This document shows, in pieces, positions 1-10,033 of a stretch of 32,000 nucleotides of DNA. The stretch is from Halogeometricum borinquense DSM 11551 (GTDB taxonomy: Archaea > Halobacteriota > Halobacteria > Halobacteriales > Haloferacaceae). The notes below the pieces were generated by a model. That model was given only the letters and a program-made list of their open reading frames with translations. It had not been told where the DNA came from and made no database searches. The position numbers were made by a program, and so were the translations under genes. The stretch spans positions 960,001 through 992,000 of the forward strand of contig NC_014729.1 in NCBI RefSeq assembly GCF_000172995.2, in the 5' to 3' direction. The stretch's first letter is position 1. The number at the start of each line of letters is the position of its first letter.

Positions 1-673
1 ACCCGACCTCAACGCACGCATCGTCGCGGATCGTCTGGCGAACGCACTCGAACGTGGTTGGTACTTCCGCAAAGCGGGCCACACGACCATCGACCGCATC
101 ATGGACGCTGGCGCACTCGGCGCCGAAATCGTCCTCTCCGGTAAGGTCACGGGTGCCCGCTCGCGCGTGGAGAAATTCAACCGCGGCTACATCAAGCACA
201 ACGGCGAACCCGCCCAGGAGATTGTCGACGAAGGGCAGGGCGTCGCTGTGATGAAGCTCGGCACCATCGGCGTGACGGTGAAAATCATCCCGCCGGGAGC
301 CAAGCTTCCCGACGACTTCGAGATCGAAGAGGACGCCGACGTGGAACCGGTCGAGCAGGCCGTCGAATCCGAAGGCGTCGAGGAGCTCCTCGAAGACGAA
401 CCCGAGGAGATTCCGGACGTCGCCGCGGACCAAGAGGAAGTCGAGGTCCCCGACGAGGAACCCAGCGAAGTCATCGACGAGGAGATCGTCGAGGAAGTCG
501 TCGAAGAGTCCGGTGACGTTGAGTCGGACGCTGAGACCGACGAGTCCGAAGACGACGAAGAGCCGGCCGACGAAGCTGAACTCGACGAGGAGGTCGAGGC
601 GGAAGCCGAAGACCTCGTCGCCGAGATGGAAGCGGCCGACGAAGATGAAGACGACGAGGAGACGGAGGAATAA
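1..673 (+). CDS. rps3: 30S ribosomal protein uS3 (S3), 5'-truncated by the window edge, with a long acidic C-terminal tail
   Basis: Frame 2 is open from nt 2 with no stop before 671-673. The translation [70 protein letters not shown] is the conserved uS3 C-terminal domain. It sits directly upstream of L29, as in the S10 operon. It has a roughly 120-aa D/E-rich tail. Confidence 0.95.
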   Translation, partial: PDLNARIVADRLANALERGWYFRKAGHTTIDRIMDAGALGAEIVLSGKVTGARSRVEKFNRGYIKHNGEPAQEIVDEGQGVAVMKLGTIGVTVKIIPPGAKLPDDFEIEEDADVEPVEQAVESEGVEELLEDEPEEIPDVAADQEEVEVPDEEPSEVIDEEIVEEVVEESGDVESDAETDESEDDEEPADEAELDEEVEAEAEDLVAEMEAADEDEDDEETEE

Positions 674-676
674 CAC

Positions 677-889
677 ATGGCAATCCTCTACACCGCAGAG
701 ATCCGCGACATGACGCCCGCAGAGCGCGAGGCTGAAGTCGAAGAGCTCGAAACGGAACTCCTCAACGCGAAGGCCGTTCAGGCGGCTGGTGGTGCACCGG
801 AGAACCCCGGACGCATCAGCGAACTGAAGCGAACCATTGCTCGGATCAAGACGATCCAGCAAGAAGAAGGCGACTTCGATGAGCAGTAG
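677..889 (+). CDS. rpl29: 50S ribosomal protein uL29 (L29)
   Basis: 70 aa. [33 protein letters not shown]...[15 protein letters not shown] is the typical L29 coiled-coil signature. It occupies the conserved position after uS3. Confidence 0.95.
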   Translation: MAILYTAEIRDMTPAEREAEVEELETELLNAKAVQAAGGAPENPGRISELKRTIARIKTIQQEEGDFDEQ

Positions 890-942
890 CTCATCGGACC
901 GTCAGACGAAGTCCGACGACTTCGACGACGAATAACGAATCA

Positions 943-1419
943 ATGGCACTGACACCCGAGACGCTGACGCGACACGAACTCAACGGCCTCCGAGTGGAGG
1001 TCGTTGACGCCGCTAACCCCGACCTCGTCGGGATAGCTGGCCGTGTCGTCGTCGAGACAATGCAGACGCTCCACGTGGACGTGAGCGACACGTCTAACGG
1101 GGGAACACGGGTCTGTCAGGTGCCCAAGCAGGGTGCAACCCTGCAGTTCGAGATTCCGTCACGGGACACTCGTCCCACACACACAGATGAAGCCGCCGAC
1201 GCCGAGAAGGCGTCGGGGACCACGTCCAAACTTCGGTCGGAAACTGCTGGCGGATTGGAAGCCAGTCAGTCTGGTCGGCCTGCTGAGGATTCCTCAGCGG
1301 CTTCTCGGACATCGTCCGGGAATTGCGAGGGCGTGGCCTACGTTACGGTGGATGGCACACGTCTGCTCTCACGACCCGCCTTGCGAACAGAGAAGGCAGG
1401 TGACACAACATGGCGATAG
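943..1419 (+). CDS. rnp1: RNase P protein component 1 (Rpp29/Pop4 family) with an internal low-complexity insertion
   Basis: ELNGLRVEVVDAANPDLVGIAGRVVVETMQTLHV and the C-terminal VTVDGTRLLSRPALRTEK match the Rpp29 Sm-like barrel. It lies at the archaeal-specific position between L29 and S17 and overlaps the S17 start by 10 nt. Confidence 0.85.
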   Translation: MALTPETLTRHELNGLRVEVVDAANPDLVGIAGRVVVETMQTLHVDVSDTSNGGTRVCQVPKQGATLQFEIPSRDTRPTHTDEAADAEKASGTTSKLRSETAGGLEASQSGRPAEDSSAASRTSSGNCEGVAYVTVDGTRLLSRPALRTEKAGDTTWR

Positions 1420-1736
1420 GACTGAACGTAGAAGAACCGGAGGAGGCTTGCTCCGACGAGAACTGTCCGTTCCACGGCTCCCTTGCCGTCCGCGGACAGA
1501 CGATCGAAGGCACAGTCGCCTCCACTGACATGGACAAAACCGTCGTTGTGGAACGCGAATACGACGTTCGCGTCCCCAAGTACGACCGCTACATGAAGCG
1601 GCGTAGTCGCATTCCGGCCCACGCACCCCCGTGCATGGACCTCGAGGAAGGCGACACGGTACGTATCGCAGAGACCCGACCGCTGTCGAAGACGAAGGCG
1701 CACGTCGTCGTCGAGACGCTCGGAGGTGAGGAGTGA
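1410..1736 (+). CDS. rps17: 30S ribosomal protein uS17 (S17)
   Basis: 108 aa. [36 protein letters not shown]...[13 protein letters not shown] is the canonical archaeal S17 sequence. Confidence 0.95.
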   Translation: MAIGLNVEEPEEACSDENCPFHGSLAVRGQTIEGTVASTDMDKTVVVEREYDVRVPKYDRYMKRRSRIPAHAPPCMDLEEGDTVRIAETRPLSKTKAHVVVETLGGEE

Positions 1737-2134
1737 TGGAGGCGCTGAAGGCCGACATCACGAAGGGCCTCGCACGAGGCTCGCTCATCACGTGCGCTGA
1801 CAACACTGGCGCACGCCAGCTGAAAGTCATCAGCGTGAAGGGTTACTCAGGAACCAAGAACCGACACCCCAAGGCGGGCATCGGCGACCAGGTCACCGTT
1901 TCGGTGACGAAGGGTACGCCCGAAATGCGCCGCCAAGTGCTCGAAGCCGTCATCGTTCGGCAGCGGAAATCGATCCGCCGACCGGACGGGACGCGCGTGA
2001 AGTTCGAGGACAATGCCGCCGTCATCATCGACGAGATGGAAGAGCCTCGCGGGACCGAAATCAAGGGTCCCATCGCACGCGAAGTTGCAGAGCGCTTCGG
2101 GAGTATCGCCTCGACGGCGACGATGATCGTATAG
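1736..2134 (+). CDS. rpl14: 50S ribosomal protein uL14 (L14)
   Basis: [34 protein letters not shown] is a typical L14 sequence. ATG at 1736 overlaps the S17 TGA (1734-1736). The track ORF starts one codon earlier, at GTG 1733. Confidence 0.95.
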   Translation: MEALKADITKGLARGSLITCADNTGARQLKVISVKGYSGTKNRHPKAGIGDQVTVSVTKGTPEMRRQVLEAVIVRQRKSIRRPDGTRVKFEDNAAVIIDEMEEPRGTEIKGPIAREVAERFGSIASTATMIV

Positions 2135-2137
2135 ACC

Positions 2138-2497
2138 ATGACGAAGCAACCACGCAAACAGCGAAACGAGACGCAGAACGCGCCGCTTCACGAGCGACAG
2201 AAGCAGGTCCGCGCGACGCTGACCGACGACCTCCGAGAGGAGTACGGCCAGCGCAACGTCCGCGTCAACGCAGGCGACACGGTGGAAGTTCTCCGCGGCG
2301 ACGCCGCCGGAACGGAGGCAGAAGTCACCGACATCGACCTCAAGGACGCGGTTGTCTACGTCGAGGATGTCACGGTCGCAAAGGCCGACGGCGAGGAAGT
2401 TCCTCGTCCCCTCGACGCGAGCAACATTCGCGTGACCGAACTGGACCTCGAAGACGAGCGTCGTGAATCGCGTCTCAAAGCGGAGGATAACGAATGA
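2138..2497 (+). CDS. rpl24: 50S ribosomal protein uL24 (L24)
   Basis: 119 aa. [41 protein letters not shown] contains the KOW motif and closely resembles haloarchaeal L24. Confidence 0.95.
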   Translation: MTKQPRKQRNETQNAPLHERQKQVRATLTDDLREEYGQRNVRVNAGDTVEVLRGDAAGTEAEVTDIDLKDAVVYVEDVTVAKADGEEVPRPLDASNIRVTELDLEDERRESRLKAEDNE

Positions 2498-3204
2498 CGC
2501 GACATCAGAAGCGACTCTCGGCACCGAACTCGTGGCCGATCGAACGCAAAGAAGGGACGTTCACGGTGAAGGCCAGCGCCGGCCCGCACGGTGAGGCAGG
2601 GGTTCCCCTCCTCATCCTGCTTCGGGACGTGCTCGGCTACGTGGACAACAAAAAGGAGGCGCGCTACGCGCTCAACCAGGACGGCGTCCTCGTTAACGGT
2701 GACGCCATCTCCGACGAGCAGCGCCCCATCGGGATGTTCGACATCCTGGCGTTCACGGAGCGAGAAGAGTACTTCCGTGTCTTCCCCGACGAGGGTGGAC
2801 GCCTGACGCTCACGCCTATCGACGCGTCGGCGGCGGACAGCCGCCTCGGCAAAGTCGTCGGCAAGCAGAGCGTCAAGGGCGGCGCGACGCAGCTGACGCT
2901 GCACGACGGCTCGAACGTCCGCGTCGAGGAAGACGAAGAACCCAACCAGTACAGCTCGAAGGACTCGCTCGTCATCGACAACGAGACGAAGGAGATCGTC
3001 GCACACTTCCCGTACGAGGAAGGCGCGCTGGTCACCGCTGTCGATGGCTCCCACGCGGGCGAAATCGGGACGGTCACCGAAATCACCGTCACGCCCGGGA
3101 GCGGGAACAACTCCGTGACTGTCGAGACAGAGGACGGCGAGTTCGAGACTGTCGAACAGTACGTCGTCGTTATCGACGAGAACTTCACGGGTGATGACGA
3201 ATGA
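2494..3204 (+). CDS. rps4e: 30S ribosomal protein eS4 (S4e)
   Basis: 236 aa. [33 protein letters not shown]...[23 protein letters not shown] is the S4e N-terminal/S4 domain. It has a 4-nt ATGA overlap with L24. Confidence 0.95.
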   Translation: MTRHQKRLSAPNSWPIERKEGTFTVKASAGPHGEAGVPLLILLRDVLGYVDNKKEARYALNQDGVLVNGDAISDEQRPIGMFDILAFTEREEYFRVFPDEGGRLTLTPIDASAADSRLGKVVGKQSVKGGATQLTLHDGSNVRVEEDEEPNQYSSKDSLVIDNETKEIVAHFPYEEGALVTAVDGSHAGEIGTVTEITVTPGSGNNSVTVETEDGEFETVEQYVVVIDENFTGDDE

Positions 3205-3728
3205 GCGAGAGCGAAGTCGTCTCTCACGAGATGCGCGAACCGCAGATCGAGAAGGTCGTCGTCCACATGGGCGTCGGTGAAGGCGGTCGGGAACTGGCTA
3301 ACGCCGAGGAGATCCTCGAAGAGATCACCGGCCAGCAGTCGGTCCAGACCATCGCCACCCGTGCCGCGACGCAGTTCGGGGCACGGAAGGGAGACCCAAT
3401 CGGTGCGAAGGTTACGCTCCGTGGCGACAAGGCCGTCGAGTTCCTCGAAACCGCGCTCCCGCTGGCCGACATCTCGGCCAAGCAGTTCGACGAGACGGGC
3501 AACTTCAGCTTCGGTGTCGAAGAACACACCGAGTTCCCGTCTCAAGAGTACGACCCCCAGATCGGTATCTACGGGCTGGACGTGACGGTTAACCTCGTCC
3601 GCCCCGGCTACCGCGTGAAAAAGCGCGACAAAGCGTCGCGTAGCATTCCGTCGGCACACCGCATGAGCGCCGAGGATGCAACTGCCTTCCTCGAAGCGAA
3701 CTTCGACGTGGAGGTTGCAGAAGAATGA
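3201..3728 (+). CDS. rpl5: 50S ribosomal protein uL5 (L5)
   Basis: 175 aa. [19 protein letters not shown]...[17 protein letters not shown]...EHTEFP...[12 protein letters not shown] is the L5 signature. Confidence 0.95.
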   Translation: MSESEVVSHEMREPQIEKVVVHMGVGEGGRELANAEEILEEITGQQSVQTIATRAATQFGARKGDPIGAKVTLRGDKAVEFLETALPLADISAKQFDETGNFSFGVEEHTEFPSQEYDPQIGIYGLDVTVNLVRPGYRVKKRDKASRSIPSAHRMSAEDATAFLEANFDVEVAEE

Positions 3729-3901
3729 GCGAATCAGAGACAGAACAGACGGGCGAGCACGCATCGCGCCGCACTGGTCAAGAAAACGAGTGCCGTCGCT
3801 GCGATCGTAAGCAGGGTCTCGTCGGAAAGTACGACATCAATCTGTGTCGCCAGTGCTTCCGTGAGGTCGCCCGCGACATGGGATTCAAGAAGTATCGATA
3901 A
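3725..3901 (+). CDS. rps14: 30S ribosomal protein uS14 (S14, zinc-binding type). Not in the supplied ORF track (58 aa).
   Basis: Hand translation from ATG 3725, which overlaps the L5 TGA: [58 protein letters not shown], ending at TAA 3899-3901. It has a CxxC...CxxC zinc ribbon and lies at the canonical slot between L5 and S8. Confidence 0.9.
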   Translation: MSESETEQTGEHASRRTGQENECRRCDRKQGLVGKYDINLCRQCFREVARDMGFKKYR

Positions 3902-3903
3902 CA

Positions 3904-4296
3904 ATGGCAGGAAATGACCCCCTCTCCAACGCACTCGCTGGCGTGAACAACGCCGAGAGCGTCGGGCATCTGTCGCACGAGATACAGCCCGCCTCCAACG
4001 TCATCGGCTCCGTCCTCGAGGTCTTCTACGACCGCGGGTACATCGACGGCTTCGAGTTCGTCGACGACGGCAAAGCCGGAACGTTCGAGGTCGAACTGAA
4101 TGGCGCTATCAACAAATGTGGCGTCGTCAAGCCCCGCTACTCCGCGGGCGCAGACGAGTTCGAAAAGTGGGAGAAGCGATACCTCCCGGCCCGTGACTAC
4201 GGGACGCTCATCGTCACGACGAGTCACGGCGTCATGAGCCACTACGACGCCCGCGAACAGGGTATCGGTGGCCAAGTAATCGCCTACGTGTACTGA
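3904..4296 (+). CDS. rps8: 30S ribosomal protein uS8 (S8)
   Basis: 130 aa. [18 protein letters not shown]...[30 protein letters not shown] is the S8 signature. Confidence 0.95.
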   Translation: MAGNDPLSNALAGVNNAESVGHLSHEIQPASNVIGSVLEVFYDRGYIDGFEFVDDGKAGTFEVELNGAINKCGVVKPRYSAGADEFEKWEKRYLPARDYGTLIVTTSHGVMSHYDAREQGIGGQVIAYVY

Positions 4297-4300
4297 GACA

Positions 4301-4837
4301 ATGAACCGAGTAGAAATCGACATTCCGGACGACGTCTCTGCCGAGGTCAAGAATCTCGACCTGACCGTCGATGGACCGAACGGGAGCGTTACGAAGACGC
4401 TCTGGTATCCCGACATCAGCGTGACCGTCGAAGACGGACAGGTCGTCATCGAATCTGAGGAGACGAACGCGAAAACGAACGCGACTATTGGCACCTTCGA
4501 GAGCCACGTAGAGAATATGCTCTACGGCGTCACCGAGGGATGGGAGTACAAGATGGAAGTCTACTACGCCCACTTCCCGATGCAGGTGAACGTGCAGGGT
4601 GACGAGGTCGTGATCGAGAACTTCCTCGGCGAGAAGTCGCCGCGACATGCAAAGGTCCGCGGCGACACGGATGTACAGGTCGACGGCGAAGAACTGGTCC
4701 TGACCGGCCCCGACAAAGAGGACGTCGGGCAGACCGCAGCCGACATCGAACAACTCACCCGCGTGAAGGACAAGGACACGCGCGTCTTCCAAGACGGCGT
4801 CTACATCACGCAGAAGCCGCAGACAGGAGGAGCCTAA
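4301..4837 (+). CDS. rpl6: 50S ribosomal protein uL6 (L6)
   Basis: 178 aa. GWEYKMEVYYAHFPMQVNVQGDEVVIENFLGEKSPR and DKDTRVFQDGVYI are typical of archaeal L6. Confidence 0.95.
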   Translation: MNRVEIDIPDDVSAEVKNLDLTVDGPNGSVTKTLWYPDISVTVEDGQVVIESEETNAKTNATIGTFESHVENMLYGVTEGWEYKMEVYYAHFPMQVNVQGDEVVIENFLGEKSPRHAKVRGDTDVQVDGEELVLTGPDKEDVGQTAADIEQLTRVKDKDTRVFQDGVYITQKPQTGGA

Positions 4838-5542
4838 ATGTCCGACGAAGAAATCCAAGAACTGGAAGACATCAGCGGTGTCGGCCCCTCGAAAGCTGAC
4901 GCACTCAGCGAGGCGGGTTACGAGTCGGTCGAAGACGTGAAGGCCGCAAACCAGTCTGAGCTTGCGGACGTCTCCGGCATCGGTAACGCCCTCGCAGCGC
5001 GTATCAAAGCCGACGTCGGCGGCCTCGAAGTCTCAGAAGAGACCGAGGCCGAAGTCGAAGAGGAAACCGACGAGGAAGAAGCAGTCGAAGAGGACGTTGA
5101 GACGGAACTCCGTCCCCGCGGCCTCGCCGACAAGACGCCGGAACTCGACGACGAGACGGCTGCCGCCCTTACGCAGAAACACCGAGAGGGCAAGCCGCAG
5201 TTCAACCGGCAAGACTACCACAAGAAAAAGCGGACGCCTACCTCGTGGCGCAAGCCCCGCGGCAACCTCTCGAAGCAGCGCCGCGGTATCAAGGGCAAGG
5301 GCGACACGGTTGAGGCGGGCTTCCGCTCGCCGAAGGCCGCCCGCGGACTCCACCCGTCCGGCTTCGAGGAAGTCCACGTCCACAACGTGGACGACCTCGA
5401 AGGCGTTGACGGCGACACGGAGGCCGTTCGAATCGCCTCCTCGGTCGGTGCTCGCAAGCGCGAGCGCATCGAGGAAGCGGCAGAGGACCGCGAAATTCGC
5501 GTTCTCAACCCCACCTACGTTGAAGTGGAGGTGGACGAATGA
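4838..5542 (+). CDS. rpl32e: 50S ribosomal protein eL32 (L32e) with the haloarchaeal N-terminal helix-hairpin-helix extension
   Basis: The C-terminal half ([36 protein letters not shown]...GFRSP) is the L32e core. The N-terminus carries two HhH-like motifs ([24 protein letters not shown]) and an acidic linker. Confidence 0.9.
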   Translation: MSDEEIQELEDISGVGPSKADALSEAGYESVEDVKAANQSELADVSGIGNALAARIKADVGGLEVSEETEAEVEEETDEEEAVEEDVETELRPRGLADKTPELDDETAAALTQKHREGKPQFNRQDYHKKKRTPTSWRKPRGNLSKQRRGIKGKGDTVEAGFRSPKAARGLHPSGFEEVHVHNVDDLEGVDGDTEAVRIASSVGARKRERIEEAAEDREIRVLNPTYVEVEVDE

Positions 5543-5994
5543 CCGACCTGAAAGCACAACGACGAATGGCCGCTGACGTCCTCGACGTCGGGAAGAACCG
5601 AGTCTGGTTCGACCCTGAGGCACAAAGCGACATCGCGGAAGCCATCACGCGCGAAGACATCCGCGAACTCGTTGACGACGGCACGATCCGTGCCGAAGAC
5701 GCCAAGGGTAACTCGAAGGGCCGTGCCCGCGAACGCGCCGAGAAGCGTTCCTACGGCCACCGCAAAGGACCCGGTTCCCGCAAGGGGAAGTCCGGCGGTC
5801 GGAAGAACTCGAAGGACGAATGGATCAGCCGAATCCGCGCACAGCGTCGTCGCCTGAAGGAACTGCGCGACGACGGACCACTGACGCCGACGCAGTACCG
5901 TGAACTGTACAACAAGGCGTCTGGTGGCGAATTCGATAGCGTGGACCGGCTCGAAGCATACATCACGAACAACTACGACGTGGAGATAGAATAA
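5539..5994 (+). CDS. rpl19e: 50S ribosomal protein eL19 (L19e)
   Basis: 151 aa. [43 protein letters not shown] is the L19e signature. Confidence 0.95.
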   Translation: MTDLKAQRRMAADVLDVGKNRVWFDPEAQSDIAEAITREDIRELVDDGTIRAEDAKGNSKGRARERAEKRSYGHRKGPGSRKGKSGGRKNSKDEWISRIRAQRRRLKELRDDGPLTPTQYRELYNKASGGEFDSVDRLEAYITNNYDVEIE

Positions 5995-6548
5995 TGGCGA
6001 CAGGACCACGCTACAAGGTGCCGATGCGCCGTCGCCGTGAGGTTCGGACGGACTACCATCAGAGGTTGCGCCTGCTGAAATCGGGTAAACCCCGGCTCGT
6101 TGCTCGCGTGAGCAACAAGCACGTCAGGGCGCAGCTGGCTTCCCCTGGACCGAACGGAGACAACACTCACGCGGCCGCCTCCTCGGAGGATCTCGCAGAG
6201 TACGGCTGGGAAGCCCCGACGGGCAACCTCCCCAGCGCGTACCTGACGGGGTACCTCGCCGGGAAGCGGGCGCTCGAAGCCGGCCTCGAAGAGGCCGTCC
6301 TCGACATCGGCCTGAACACGGCGACGCCCGGTAACAAGGTGTTCGCAGTTCAGGAAGGAGCGATAGACGCTGGCCTCGAAATCCCGCACAACGAAGACGT
6401 ACTGGCCGAGTGGCCGCGTAACCGCGGCGAACACATCGCCGAGTACGCTGAGCAGCTCGACGAGCCGCTCTACAGCGGTGATTTCGACGCCACGAAACTG
6501 CCAGAGCACTTCGACGAAGTGCTTGAGCAACTTCAGGAGGACGCATGA
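5994..6548 (+). CDS. rpl18: 50S ribosomal protein uL18 (L18)
   Basis: 184 aa. [47 protein letters not shown] is a typical L18 sequence. It has a TAATG overlap with L19e. Confidence 0.95.
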   Translation: MATGPRYKVPMRRRREVRTDYHQRLRLLKSGKPRLVARVSNKHVRAQLASPGPNGDNTHAAASSEDLAEYGWEAPTGNLPSAYLTGYLAGKRALEAGLEEAVLDIGLNTATPGNKVFAVQEGAIDAGLEIPHNEDVLAEWPRNRGEHIAEYAEQLDEPLYSGDFDATKLPEHFDEVLEQLQEDA

Positions 6549-7192
6549 GCCAACGCAACAGCAACGGCTGGGAACCGCGGACGCGGCTCGGCCGAATGGT
6601 ACAGGAGGGCGACGTCACCTCGATGGAGCAGGCGCTGGAGACCGGACTTCCGCTCAAGGAAGCCGAAATCGTCGATCAGCTCCTGCCCGGTCTCGAAGAC
6701 GAGGTGCTCGACATCAACATGGTTCAGCGCATGACCGACTCCGGTCGGCGTGTGAAGTTCCGTTGTGTCGTCGCCATCGGGAACCGCGACGGGTTCCTCG
6801 GCTACGCCGAGGCCCGAGACGACCAGGTCGGCTCGGCCATTCAGAAGGCCATCGACGTGGCGAAGCTGAACATCATCAAGGTTGACCGCGGCTCCGGTTC
6901 GTGGGAAGACTCTGCTGGTGGCCTGAACTCTCTGACGCGCAAGGCGGAAGGGAAAGCTGGCTCCGTGACGGTGGAAATCATGCCCGCACCGCAGGGCCTC
7001 GGCCTCGCGGCGGCAGAGACCGTCCGGAACATCCTCGAACTGGCCGGCGTGCAGGACGCGTGGACCCGCTCGAACGGGAACACGCGCACGACGGTCAACC
7101 TCGCCAAAGGGACGTACAACGCGCTGAAGAACGCCTCGCAGTCGCGCACCCCGCGACGCGCACGTGAGAAACAGCGGGAGGCGGGTAACTGA
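6545..7192 (+). CDS. rps5: 30S ribosomal protein uS5 (S5)
   Basis: 215 aa. [60 protein letters not shown] is the S5 dsRBD plus S5 C-terminal domain. Confidence 0.95.
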   Translation: MSQRNSNGWEPRTRLGRMVQEGDVTSMEQALETGLPLKEAEIVDQLLPGLEDEVLDINMVQRMTDSGRRVKFRCVVAIGNRDGFLGYAEARDDQVGSAIQKAIDVAKLNIIKVDRGSGSWEDSAGGLNSLTRKAEGKAGSVTVEIMPAPQGLGLAAAETVRNILELAGVQDAWTRSNGNTRTTVNLAKGTYNALKNASQSRTPRRAREKQREAGN

Positions 7193-7656
7193 TGCAAGCA
7201 GTCGTTCAACTTCGCGGCGACGTGAACATGAGCGAAGCGACGCACGACACGCTGAAGATGCTCAACATCCACAGCGTGAACCACTGCGCCCTCGTCCCCG
7301 AGTCGGACACCTACCGTGGAATGATCACGAAGGTCAACGACTACGTCGCGCACGGTGAGCCGAGCGTTGACGTGGTCGAGACGCTGCTCCGAACCCGTGC
7401 AGAACCCGAAGAGGGTTCCGACACGGTCGATGCCGAGTGGCTCGAAGCGAACACCGACTACGACGACGTGACCGCGCTCGCGGAAGCGCTCATCGACGAG
7501 GAGACGACGCTGCGCGAGCAGGGTCTCTCGCCGGTGCTGCGCCTGCACCCGCCACGCGGCGGACACAAAGGGCAGAAGCACGTCACGAAAGAAGGCGGTC
7601 AGCTCGGCAAACACACGACCGAGCAGATCGACGACCTCCTGGAGGATATGCGATGA
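7192..7656 (+). CDS. rpl30: 50S ribosomal protein uL30 (L30)
   Basis: 154 aa. [50 protein letters not shown] is the L30 signature. Confidence 0.95.
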   Translation: MQAVVQLRGDVNMSEATHDTLKMLNIHSVNHCALVPESDTYRGMITKVNDYVAHGEPSVDVVETLLRTRAEPEEGSDTVDAEWLEANTDYDDVTALAEALIDEETTLREQGLSPVLRLHPPRGGHKGQKHVTKEGGQLGKHTTEQIDDLLEDMR

Positions 7657-8150
7657 CCTCGAAGAAACGACGACAGCGTGGATCCCGCACGCACGGTGGC
7701 GGTACGCACAAGAACCGGCGCGGTGCCGGTCACCGCGGTGGCCGCGGCCGCGCGGGACGCGACAAGCACGAGTATCACAACTACGAACCGATCGGGAAGC
7801 ACGGCTTCAAGCGCCCCGAGGACGCGAAAGATACCGTCGTCGAAGTGAAGGTTCAGAAGCTCGACGAGGACGCCGCACTCCTTGCAGCTGACGACCTCGC
7901 TGAGAAAGACGGTGACGCATACCAGATCGACGCACGTGACGTGGCCGAGGACGGCTACGAGGCGGACGTCGTGAAGGTGCTTGGTGGCGGACAGGTTCGT
8001 CAGGAACTGCACGTCGTCGCCGACGCGTTCACGGCCGGTGCCGTCGAACTCCTCGAAGGAGCTGGCGGCAGTGCCGATCTCTCGGAGCGTGCCGAAGAGG
8101 CACAAGCCGAAGAAGATAACACGGACGACGAGGAAGACTCCGAGGAGTAA
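7653..8150 (+). CDS. rpl15: 50S ribosomal protein uL15 (L15)
   Basis: MTSKKRRQRGSRTHGGGTHKNRRGAGHRGGRGRAGRDKHE is the L15 N-terminus. ATG 7653 overlaps the L30 TGA (7654-7656). The longer track ORF from 7437 lies inside L30 in another frame and reads as Arg-rich junk. Confidence 0.93.
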   Translation: MTSKKRRQRGSRTHGGGTHKNRRGAGHRGGRGRAGRDKHEYHNYEPIGKHGFKRPEDAKDTVVEVKVQKLDEDAALLAADDLAEKDGDAYQIDARDVAEDGYEADVVKVLGGGQVRQELHVVADAFTAGAVELLEGAGGSADLSERAEEAQAEEDNTDDEEDSEE

Positions 8151-8153
8151 CCA

Positions 8154-9620
8154 ATGGGATGGAAGGAGGCCGCCGAACCAGTGCTGACGCGGATGCCAGC
8201 AGTCGCCAGACCGGAGGGACACGTTCCGTTCCGCCGGAAGCTGGGTTGGACTGCCGGGATCCTCGTGATGTATTTCTTCCTGACGAACGTGACGATGTTC
8301 GGCCTGCAGACGCAGGGTCCGGGTGGGGACTTCTACGGACAGTTCCGTAGTATTCTCGCCGGACAGCAAGGGTCGATACTCCAACTGGGTATCGGTCCCA
8401 TCGTCACGGCGAGCATTGTCCTCCAACTGCTCGGCGGGGCCGACCTGCTCGGCCTAGACACCGACGACCCGCGTGATCAGATCCTCTACCAAGGGCTGCA
8501 GAAGCTTCTGGTGGTCGTGATGATCTGTCTCACCGGGCTTCCGATGGTATTCGCTGGGGGATTCTTACCCGCAGACCAGCAGGTCGCGCAGTCGCTCGGC
8601 GTCGGCGTCGGTGGTGTCAAAACCATCATCTTCGCACAGATGTTCGTCGGCGGCATCCTCATCCTGTTCATGGACGAGATCGTGAGCAAGTGGGGCGTCG
8701 GTTCCGGTGTCGGTCTGTTCATTATCGCGGGAGTCAGCCAGCAGCTCGTCGCCGGGCTGTTCAGCTGGCAGGCTCTTGGCGGTACGTCCGGGTTCTTCCC
8801 GACGTGGTTCGGCATCATCACCGGCGCGGCCGAAATCGGCTCGCCGCTCTCGCCGGGCGGCCTGTCCGACATCTTCCTCGGACAGGGGCAGTTGCTCGCG
8901 CTCTTGACGACGTTGTTCATCTTCGGCATCGTCGTCTACGCTGAAAGCGTGCGCATCGAAGTTCCGCTCTCCCACTCGCGTGTGAAGGGCGCCCGCGGTC
9001 GCTTCCCAGTGAAGCTCATCTACGCGAGCGTCCTGCCGATGATCCTCGTCCGCGCACTGCAGGCCAACATCCAGTTCCTCGGGCAGATCCTGAACAACTG
9101 GACCGGCCTTCCGGCGTGGCTCGGAACCTACAGCGACGGAGCGGTCACCGGGGGCCTGTTCTACTACCTCGCACCGATCCAGTCGCGCGCCGACTGGATG
9201 TGGTTCCTGGGGTACACCTCGCAGGATCCCGCGCAGATCCTCCTGCGCGTCCTCATCGACCTGGCGTTCATGATCGTCGGTGGCGCTGTCTTCGCCATCT
9301 TCTGGGTCGAGACGACGGGAATGGGTCCCGAGTCCACCGCAGAGCAGATACAAAACTCCGGGATGCAGATCCCCGGCTTCCGACGGAACCCGCAAATCAT
9401 CGAGCAAGTGATGGAACGGTACATCCCGCAGGTGACGGTTATCGGCGGTGCACTCGTCGGACTGCTCGCAGTCATGGCGAACATGCTCGGCACCATCGGC
9501 TCCGTCTCCGGAACGGGACTGCTGCTGACGGTCTCCATTACGTACAAACTGTACGAGGAGATCGCAGAAGAGCAGTTGATGGAGATGCACCCGATGATGC
9601 GCCAGATGTTCGGAGAGTAA
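8154..9620 (+). CDS. secY: Preprotein translocase subunit SecY
   Basis: 488 aa with about 10 hydrophobic segments. LGIGPIVTASIVLQLL, FPVKLIYASVLPMILVRAL and IPGFRRNPQ are SecY/Sec61alpha hallmarks. It lies at the canonical position after L15. Confidence 0.97.
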   Translation: MGWKEAAEPVLTRMPAVARPEGHVPFRRKLGWTAGILVMYFFLTNVTMFGLQTQGPGGDFYGQFRSILAGQQGSILQLGIGPIVTASIVLQLLGGADLLGLDTDDPRDQILYQGLQKLLVVVMICLTGLPMVFAGGFLPADQQVAQSLGVGVGGVKTIIFAQMFVGGILILFMDEIVSKWGVGSGVGLFIIAGVSQQLVAGLFSWQALGGTSGFFPTWFGIITGAAEIGSPLSPGGLSDIFLGQGQLLALLTTLFIFGIVVYAESVRIEVPLSHSRVKGARGRFPVKLIYASVLPMILVRALQANIQFLGQILNNWTGLPAWLGTYSDGAVTGGLFYYLAPIQSRADWMWFLGYTSQDPAQILLRVLIDLAFMIVGGAVFAIFWVETTGMGPESTAEQIQNSGMQIPGFRRNPQIIEQVMERYIPQVTVIGGALVGLLAVMANMLGTIGSVSGTGLLLTVSITYKLYEEIAEEQLMEMHPMMRQMFGE

Positions 9621-9665
9621 TCCCGAATATCTGCGGCCTGACGGCCAAGCATTCGACCGAATTCA

Positions 9666-9670
9666 TTTTT
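9666..9670 (+). terminator. Oligo-T tract (TTTTT) about 45 nt after the secY stop. Possible archaeal intrinsic terminator of the r-protein operon.
   Basis: attcaTTTTTcag is seen in the sequence. Archaeal RNAP terminates at T-runs. No experimental support. Confidence 0.25.
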
Positions 9671-9886
9671 CAGAACACGCTGACAGCCATCCGGGGAGCG
9701 GCGGCACTGCAGTCATCGGAAGCGTGATGCTACGTCTCGTCACCAGTGACCGAAGAACGGGCCGTTGCTATCGTTGGCATCATGATCTAACGGCCGTGAT
9801 ATCGTTGCAACTGCGATGCTGTCGTCACGACCTCTCGTGTATCAGACTGCCCTCGGAAATCTGTACCAGTGGTCGGCCAGACACCA

Positions 9887-10033
9887 TTAGTACACCTCAG
9901 CGTCGTCGTCATCTAATCGTGAATGTGGGGTCTCGAATCCGCAAGTGGCACAGATGAATAGATCAATCGTCGCGCTCGCGTGCGTATCTGTGGACCCGCA
10001 TTTGGGACAGTTCGCGTCGGCCGGGTCGTACAT
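9887..10033 (-). CDS. Small CPxCG-type zinc-finger protein (48 aa). Not in the supplied ORF track.
   Basis: Hand translation of the minus strand: MYDPADANCPKCGSTDTHASATIDLFICATCGFETPHSRLDDDDAEVY, then TAA. It has two CxxCG knuckles 15 residues apart and an acidic tail. A TATA-like GATATAGT box (complement of 10056-10063) lies about 27 nt upstream of the ATG, consistent with a leaderless transcript. Confidence 0.5.
   Translation of the reverse strand: MYDPADANCPKCGSTDTHASATIDLFICATCGFETPHSRLDDDDAEVY

Noticed and set aside
300-670. Possible tandem DNA repeat or CRISPR-like periodicity in the GAx-rich stretch at the end of rps3, and similar stretches in rpl32e (5030-5110) and rpl15 (8090-8150)
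   Set aside because: This is compositional low complexity from Asp/Glu codons inside intact reading frames. There are no unit repeats with spacers. No CRISPR-like array occurs anywhere in the window.
187-678. 163-aa Ser-rich ORF on the minus strand, and other long antisense ORFs across the r-protein operon and secY (for example 1847-2524, 2356-3054, 2664-3764, 3778-4494, 7599-8426, 8565-9590)
   Set aside because: These are shadow ORFs typical of high-G+C DNA, lying opposite genes with unambiguous ribosomal-protein or SecY identity. Their translations are low-complexity (Ser/Arg/Pro-rich) with no recognisable motifs. The Ser-rich one is simply the reverse complement of the GAx-rich acidic tail of uS3.
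7437-7652. Upstream extension of the uL15 ORF (track start 7437)
   Set aside because: The extension lies wholly inside uL30 in another frame and is Arg-rich junk. The conserved L15 N-terminus begins at ATG 7653, overlapping the L30 stop.
9724-9957. 77-aa + strand ORF in the post-secY spacer
   Set aside because: It is Cys/Arg-rich and basic, with no motif and no promoter-like element. It overlaps the better-supported minus-strand zinc-finger ORF on the opposite strand.
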